DNA of 64,000 nt from a virus, in the IMG/VR virus record IMGVR_UViG_3300042691_030776. One strand, 5' to 3'. The notes under the pieces were generated by a model. That model was not told where the DNA came from and did no database searches. It was given only the letters and a program-made list of their open reading frames with translations. Shown here in pieces: positions 27,701 to 36,700 of this stretch. The translations under genes were made by a program, and so were the position numbers. Position 1 is the stretch's first letter. Each line of letters starts with the position of its first letter.

Positions 27701-30700
27701 GTTAGAAACTACTACGGCAGTATCTGCCAGAATCTTCGTACGTTCTCGGGAATCATCAACGGCCAAAACAACACACGAGATCTTGGAAACCTTATTCCTT
27801 ACGGTGATACCATCATACAAAACAGTGCGCCTGTGACCCTGACTGCGTTGTTCGCTAATAATACACAGTATGATTTTTTCCGAGCCCTGGAGTTTTCGGC
27901 AAGAGAATACGAAAAATATAAAAATCTTGTGATGGATGCAGTGGTCAAAAACAACTTCCAAAATATGACCGCGGCCGAGATACTTGATGATTGTATGACC
28001 ATCATCAACTTTGGTAAAAACGAACTGTCACCATTTTATTTTACTGACACAGTTCCTTCGGGAGAAACCTTCCAAGAAACAAACTACACAGTGACACCTA
28101 TCACCGGCAATACTTTTGACACACTGTATAGCTATAACTTTACCGAAGCAAACTATCGTGCAATCCTAGTTTATCTCAATGGTCGCCAACTCTTGGGCAA
28201 TGGCATTGAGTACACAGTGGCTACAGATGGTCCACGAGTGACAATAGACGTTCCGTTACAACTTGGCGATGTTGTTACGCTAAAAGAATATACACTGACT
28301 GTTGGAAACTTTGTTCCTTCGACACCCAGCAAACTAGGATTATACCCTGCGTATGTTCCTGAAATGTTTATAGATGACACTTATGTTGATCCAACTCCGG
28401 TGATTAGAGGTCACGACGGATCAATCACAGTGGCTTACCAGGATATCCGCGATGAAGTATTACTTGAGTTTGAAAAGAGAATCTACAATAATCTTAAGTT
28501 AGTGGGCAACCCTGTTCCTTTGGTCTACGAAGATGTGTCACCAGGTGAGTTCCGTCGAACAGATTACACTCCAGAAGAAATCACGCAAATAATGAGTGTG
28601 AGCTTCTTGGCCTGGGTTGGTACAAATAAACTTAACTATCGTGAACAAGAATACAACGCCAATAACCAGTTCACTTGGAACTATAGTTCATGCCAGAGCA
28701 AACTAAATGGTACAGAGTTGCTGGGCGCCTGGAGAGGTATCTACAACTATTTTTATGACACCGATGCTCCCAACACCAGACCATGGGAAATGCTGGGTAT
28801 TTCGGAAAAACCCGCATGGTGGGAAGAACAGTATGGCCCTGCACCTTATACTTCAGGTAACTTGGTGCTGTGGGAAGATCTTGAAGCTGGTCGCGTGATG
28901 GATCCTGCAGGATCATATATCATTGAAAAATATATACGTCCTGGCTTGACACAAGTTATACCAAGTGATTCAGAAGGTGCCTTGTTGTCGCCATTTGAAG
29001 TTGTTGTGGGCGAGTATGCTCCCAACAGTTTCCGCAAGAGTTGGACAGTGGGCGATGATGGTCCTGTGGAAGCCTCTTGGCAAAAATCCAGTGCCTGGCC
29101 ATTTGCAGTGATGCGCTTGCTGGCGTTGACCAAACCTGCACAGTTTTTTACATATTTTGAAGACCGAGATGTATATCGATTTGATCCCACTCTCGACGAG
29201 TTTGTGTATGCTGGAAGATCTCGCTCGAAGCAGTCAGTTGAGTTAGAAATATATGGTCAAGGCGCAGCCAAACACAGCTACGTAAACTTTATTGTTGATT
29301 ACAACAAACTACAAGGCCGAGACAGCACTGCTGAGATCGCCGAGGCACTAAACTGGATTGATGTAAGATTGTGTTACCGTATGGCTGCTTTCTCTGACAA
29401 GCAGTACATCAAGATCTTTACTGAAAAATCTAGCCCCAACAGCTTGAATACAAGTCTTTTATTGCCAGACGAAAGTTATCAGATCCTGCTTTATAAAAAT
29501 CCAACCATGGATTCTTTGGTATGGAGCTCTGTAGTGATACAAAAGACTGAGCTTGGTTATGCGGTTTATGGATATTCAACTACTAGACCATACTTTGAAA
29601 TACTGACCAGTATTCCCAATGGCAACTATCGTACAATCACCGTGGCCGATAAATCAGTGAGAGTTCTCAACGATTACAGCAACACAGTGGTACAAATACC
29701 TTATGGGTACGAGTTTATTGGCATCAACTCTGTGGCAGACTTCTTGATGAGCTATGGTGCTTTCTTGACAAGACAAGGTATGACTTTTGAAGACCAAGAT
29801 AGAGGTCGTATCTTGAACTGGAGCCAGATGGTCCAGGAGTTTATGTATTGGAGTCAGCAAGGCTGGGCTCCTGGCAGTCTGATTAATATCAATCCTGCGG
29901 CCAATGTATTGAATGTTGTCAAACCTGGGCTAGTGGCTGAACCACTGAGTACAGTTGCTCCCGAAGATATCCTGCTCAATCAAAACAAAGAACCTCTGCA
30001 GTCGCAAGACTACGTGGTAGAACGTTTTGAGAATGATCTTACTCTGCGCGGAATCAACAACAACACATTCAGCTATCTATCGGCCAAGTTTACAGAGTTT
30101 GAGCACATCATCATTATTGACAATACCAGTGTGTTCAATGATTTGATCTATGATCCAACCACGGGCGCAAGACAGAGCCGTTTGCTGTTCACAGGCTATA
30201 CTACCTATGAATGGAACGGTAGTTTAGATGCCCAAGGCTTTATCCTTAACCAAGATAACATACAAGAATGGTCACCAAATAGAAGCTACACTAAAGGGCA
30301 GATCGTCAAGTACAAGGATGCCTACTGGTCAGCAGTAAAAATCATTCCTCCCAGTGAGAAGTTTGATTTTGAGTTTTGGCTCAAGAGTGATTATGCACAG
30401 ATACAAAAAGGTCTGTTGCCCAATGCCGCTACCAAAGCAGAACAAATACGTGGGTTCTATAACACTAACCAAGCTAACCTTGAACGCGATGCTGATCTTT
30501 TTGCATTTGGTCTGATCGGATTCCGACCACGTCGCTACATGCAGAACTTAAACTTGGATGACATCAGCCAAGTTAATCTTTACAGCCAGTTCCTGGGAGT
30601 CAAAGGTACCACACAGGCCACAGACATATTCACCAAGGCTAATCTTGGTAAAGAAGTTGCTGAATATGAAATATTTGAAAACTGGGCAATACAAAGATCC

Positions 30701-33700
30701 ATCTACGGTGCCAATGCCAATCGCAGTTACTACGAGCTTAGACTCAACGAAGCCGATCTCTTGGGCAACCCGTCGACCATAGAAATCATAGAACCTCAAC
30801 AGTTCAGTGAAGCTGATCAGACAGTGCTAGTGAGTGAGATTTGGAAACAGAGCTACCCAATAACCAACACAGACATACTGCCTACTACGTTCTTGAACGC
30901 AACAGATATACAATATCCCAGTGCTGGATATGTCAACTGGGATGACGCTGATATCAAGTTGTTTAACTTCACTGATCTTGACGCGATTATCAACGACATT
31001 GAAAACATCTACGTTGGAACTAGCGTATGGGTAGCCAAAGATAATGCTTATGACTGGAATATCTATCGAAACAATCTTGTACTATATTCAGTTGCACAGG
31101 TACGAGACAACCTAAACGGAACTTGTACAATACAGTTTGCAGGACAGCACGGACTCAGTGCCAATCAAAAAATAGTGATCAAGTATTTTGGCCAAGGAGT
31201 GGATGGAGCATACACTGTGATATCTACTCCTAGTCTGACCACAATCACTGTGGCTCTTACATTGGGTGGTGCCGTGACTCAGATCACAGGCACCGGCATC
31301 TGTTTTGTACTTGAAACCATGCGTGTACGCCAGGCCGCAGATGTTTCTACCCTGATCTATGCCAATAGCTTGTTGCCTGGTAACCGTGCCTGGGTAGATG
31401 ACGATGGCACCGGACACTGGGTAGTGTACGAAAAGATCAATCCATTCACAGCCACACCTGGAATAGTACCTTCAGAACCAGTGATCAGTTCAAGATTTGG
31501 CGCTGCCATATCTCAAGGTTTTGGTGGCCTGGCCGCATTGGTAGGCGCACCTGGATACAATGGGGATGTTGGTGCAGTTTACACATTCACTAAAGGTGGC
31601 ACAGTTGATTATGTAGAGACTGGTGTGTTGACCATGGGTGCGGCAAACTTTGTAAACTACGGTGCCGCTGTGGCATCTGGTGGCAACCAATGGGGTGCCA
31701 TAGGCGCAGGCAACTCCTGGGCTAAACAAGGATACGCAGCCACAGTTAATCGTAACACTAACTCAGGTGATTTTATCCAAAGTCAACTGCTGACCGAAGT
31801 TCCTTACCGACTTTATCAAGTCACCAGTACCGGATTGGCCACATATACTCCAACTGGGGTATCTCTTACCAACCCAGATACTGTCAGCATAGTTGTCAGT
31901 GACGTGGTCAAAGTCAGAGGTGTTGATTACAACATCATTGGTTCGACTGTGGTATTCTTACCGGGCAAGATTCCTACTGCTGGCCTGCAAGTTAATATTT
32001 TCAACTACGATGAGTACGGCTATAGTGTTGCAATCAGCAACGACGAACGCTGGCTATATGTTGGTGCTCCTGCCGGCAATAGGGTCTATGCCTACAACCG
32101 AGTTGATGTGCAACAACAAGTCAAAAACTTTGTTGGCGATGGTGTAACTACGGATTTCTATGTGGCTGATGTGATCATCGTCGATGATGATTCTGCCGCA
32201 GGTGGTATTGGCGCTCAGCAGATTGGTGTGACGGTCAACGATCTTCCAAAGACAGCAGGAGTCGATTATGACTATACCAACGGCACAGTGGTGTTTGCCG
32301 CACCGCCCAACGGCGATGACGAAATAAGAGTGATCCGCCTACAGAGCAAGACATTTTTCCCAACAACTCCTACAACAACATTCCCTATCGAAGACCTCTA
32401 CACAGTCACAGATATCTATAGTTTCAGTGTGTATGTAAACAGTGTTCTACAGCGTCCAAACATGGATTACTCTTTTGATTCCATGACAAAAACCATTACA
32501 TTTGTATTGGCAGGACAGACAGGAACAATATTGGTCAACTCTGGAACTTATTGGCAGTATGTAGATTACATCGATGGCACTGCACTAGGAGCCATAGCAA
32601 GTTCAAGATTTGGACATTCTGTGTCTTCAACCACTGATGGTCGCCAGATAGTGATTGGTGCTCCCAACGACACTGCCAACAGCAAACTTTTAGCAGGTAA
32701 AGTGTATGTGATTGATCGCAGTGTTGAACGGTTTACAGTGACTAGCACATCACAGACCGAATACTCTACACTACGAACCTTCAATGGAGCACCCAGTGTC
32801 AAGGTTAATGCAACATATTTGATACCCGATGGGTTCAACAACAATGGTCAGTTTACACAGGTTGATTCAGACACCGTAGACATCCAAGTGCCATTGAATG
32901 TTGGCGACGTCATAGAAATAGATACTAATACTTTTGCATTGGTAGAGTCAGCCGCTTCCGAAGAACCAACCGCAGGGGCCAACTTTGGTAGTGTAGTTCA
33001 ACAATGTCCGACCAACTGTAGTTTGTACATTGGTCAACCCAATGACTCACGTATAGTACCCGAAGGCGGCAGTGTTGAAAGATTTATCAATCAAGCAAGA
33101 TTATATGGAAGCATTACCAGCGACAATCAAAACCCAACACTGACACCAAGCACTACTTTGAATCCACAAACTGTGAGAATACAACAGGTTGACGTTGAAG
33201 TATCAACTCCTCAATCTTGGAATAGTGCCATTGGCTGGCCCGCAGGAACGTTTGTGATCAGCGGCCTTGACATCTATCAAGCCATAAGAACAGTTCCAGC
33301 ATCAATCAGTATCAATGATACCAGCTACTGGAAACCATCAAGTTGGGTAGAACTTTTTGCCAACGATATCAATCTGGCCGCAAAACCAAATAGCATTGGA
33401 CTAGTTGAGGTACCCAATGTACAGGCCATAGCCAACAACGGATACTTGACACTGACCATTAGAAACTCTGATGCGGCTGTGCCATTTACTCAACTCACAG
33501 TATTGCCCGGCGCCGGCAGTGCATACTACGATCTTGGATTCACTCCTCAGGTTTATGCACAAACTGTGGAAGCTCCAAATCAACTGGCTTATGCACACTT
33601 TGGCGCATCACTGAGTATCAGCGATGACAGTTTAACACTGGTGGTGGGATCACCACAAGGCACCGCAGCCAAACCAACTACCTTTGACAATGGTACTACA

Positions 33701-36700
33701 TTCTTTGACAGCAAGTCTACAAACTTCTTTGACCTACTGCCAGAAAGTGGTGTTGCCTACACTTATGATTTGTTGAGCGCAGCCAACGCCAGCGTAACCA
33801 ATCCTAGCAAGTTTGTGTTTGGTGCCCAGATCTATGATCAAGATGTAAACTCTCTCGATAACTTTGGTACAGCAGTTAGTTACTTCAATGGTATATTATT
33901 GATTGGTAGTCCACAGGATGACCTTGGCGATTCAGTAGGAGACTATGGTAGAATATCACAGTTGAACAATCCTACACGTTTGGCCGCCTGGGATGTGATC
34001 TACAGACAAAAACCGATTGTGGATGTCAAGTTAATCAACTCAGTGTACATGTATGATAGGTTAGAAAGCAAAGTCACACAGTTCTTTGATTTTATTGACC
34101 CATTGCAAGGCAAGATCTTGGGTGTGGCCAGACAGAACATTGATTACATTGGTGCTGTAGACCCTGCGGCATACAATGTTGGAACGGTCAATAACTATGG
34201 CGACACATGGAATGATTCGCACCTTGGCGAAATATGGTGGGATCTTTCTACAGTGCGTTTCATTGACTATCATCAGTCGACCATTGCCTACGAAAGCCAG
34301 CGTTGGAGCCAAGTGTTCCCGGGCAGTAGAGTGGATGTGTATCAATGGATAGAAAGTCCTGTTCCGCCTGCTGAATACAGCGGCCCGGGTACTGTGTTTA
34401 GCACAACCAGTTTTGTTGTAGGAAGCAAGCTCAACAATGATGGCTTGTTTACGTCTAGATATTTCTTCTGGGTCCGCGGAATACCAGAAGTCGCATCACG
34501 GATTGGTAAAACTCTAAGTACACAGGCTATCTCGCAATACATCGAAAATCCACGCAGTTCAGGCATACCTTATGTTGCATTCCTTGGGCCCAGCACCACA
34601 GCTATCTATAACGGAAGACCATATATCATTGCACAGGATACTATATTCCATGTTGAGTTTGATAAGATCGCCAACGATGACAATGTCCACTCAGAATACG
34701 ATCTCATAGCGTCGAACAATCCCAACAGTTTCCTTGTGCCTGGATTGTTCCGTAAGATGCTGGACAGTTTCTGCGGTGAAGATACCTTGGGCAACAAAGT
34801 ACCTGACCCAACACTGAGTCCTGCTGATCGGTATGGTGTGCAGTTCCGACCACGTCAGAGTTTCTTTGTTGATCGATTCTTGGCGTTGCAAAACTATCTT
34901 GAACGTGCCAATGCAATAATGGCGCAGTTCTCAGTGAGCGACAGCCGTCCATTCAATCTACTTAACAGTTCAGAACCCGAGCCAACTTCTGCATCAGGAG
35001 AATGGAACAAGCGTGTGCTGGATTATCAAGAACTCACATTCCAGGACTTGTCTGAAGTTCCTCCGGGTTACAAATACTTGGTTGCTTTGGATGCAACCAA
35101 TGATGGCTTATGGACCATCTATACAGTGGTACTCAGCCTTGACGGCATAAGAAAAGAGTTGTTGTTGAGTCGGGTACAAAACTACGACACACGACTCTAT
35201 TGGGAGTATATCAACTGGGTCAAGCCTGGCTACAATGCCAGCGTCAAACCAGTGGCTGAAGTGACTACATTCAGCGAGCTAAGTCGATTGACCTTGCCTG
35301 AAGGTTCCAGTGCTCTTGTCAGACGCAATAGCTTTGGTAAGTTTGAGATATATCAGTACCTCAACGGTGTTTGGGAACGTGTGGTGTTAGAAGATGGCAC
35401 TGTCAGAATCAAAGAAGAAGTCTGGAACTACGAACTTGGGCGTTTTGGTTTTGATGTTGAAACTTTCGACAGTCAACGTTTTGATCAATACCCTGCCATT
35501 GAAACACGACAAATAATCCGCGCCATCAACGAAGAAATCCTAGTTGATGAGTGGGCTATCTTCCGCAATGAACTGTTGCTGTTGACATTCGACTTTATAT
35601 TAACCGAACAGTTGGCACCAGACTGGTTGTTCAAGACTTCGTTGATCGACGTCAATCACAAAATCCGAGATCTGTTACCGTATCAGATCTTCCGTACAGA
35701 TAATCAGGACTTTGTGCTGGATTATATCAAAGAAGTCAAGCCATACCATGTCAAGATCAAAGAGTTCAACCTGCGTTATGACGGGTTTGATTCCTATGAT
35801 GGTAACATCACAGACTTTGATTGCCCAGCATATTATGATTCGGCCCTGCAAGAGTTTGAGGCTCCTGCACTAGATGATTCAGAACCTCCAAAGTATTCAA
35901 ATAGTGTACCAAGTACCGCGGCAATCTGGGGTGAAATACCATGGCAACAATGGTTTGAAAACTATAAACTCCTGCTCACTGGTGCCACGATCATTGAAGC
36001 CGGCACAGGATATACCGTACCTCCTGTGGTAGTAGTGACAGGTGATGCGGCACGTGAAGCTAGGCTAGTAGCAAGAGTAAACACAGCTGGTCAAGTGGTT
36101 GAACTCATAGTGTTAGATCCTGGATCAGGATACACTACCACACCAATCATTACCATTGAAGGTGGCAATGGAGTGGGTGCCAGAGCAGTGGCTGTGCTGG
36201 AAAGCCAACTGGTAAGAACCATTACCACCACGCTCAAGTACGATCGTTACAACTATACCAGTCAGGTAGTAGATTGGCAACCAAACACCAAGTACACTGA
36301 GGGACAGTTGGTGCGATTCCGTGATCAAGTCTACAGTGTCAATGAAGTCGATGACAGCGTAGAGCTTGACAGCGGTCCAATATTCAATCCCGCGCAGTAT
36401 ACTCTAGTAGATTCTGCAACGTTAGATGCGGCTGATCGTGTGATTGGTCTTTACACACCAACACCCAACGAACCAGGCAGAGAACTAGCGCAGGTCATGG
36501 TTGGCATCGACTATCCAGGCGTGCAGGTCATGGGACCCAACTTTAATCAGAACACTGGTTATGATGTTGGTAACTTTGATGTTAACCCATATGACAACAT
36601 TGACTACGGTCCAGAAGGCCGTCCAACCTATTCTGAGAGCATACTGGATGCCATCTACGAAAGTTCGTTCACAGATACCTATCTAGGAACCAGAATCACA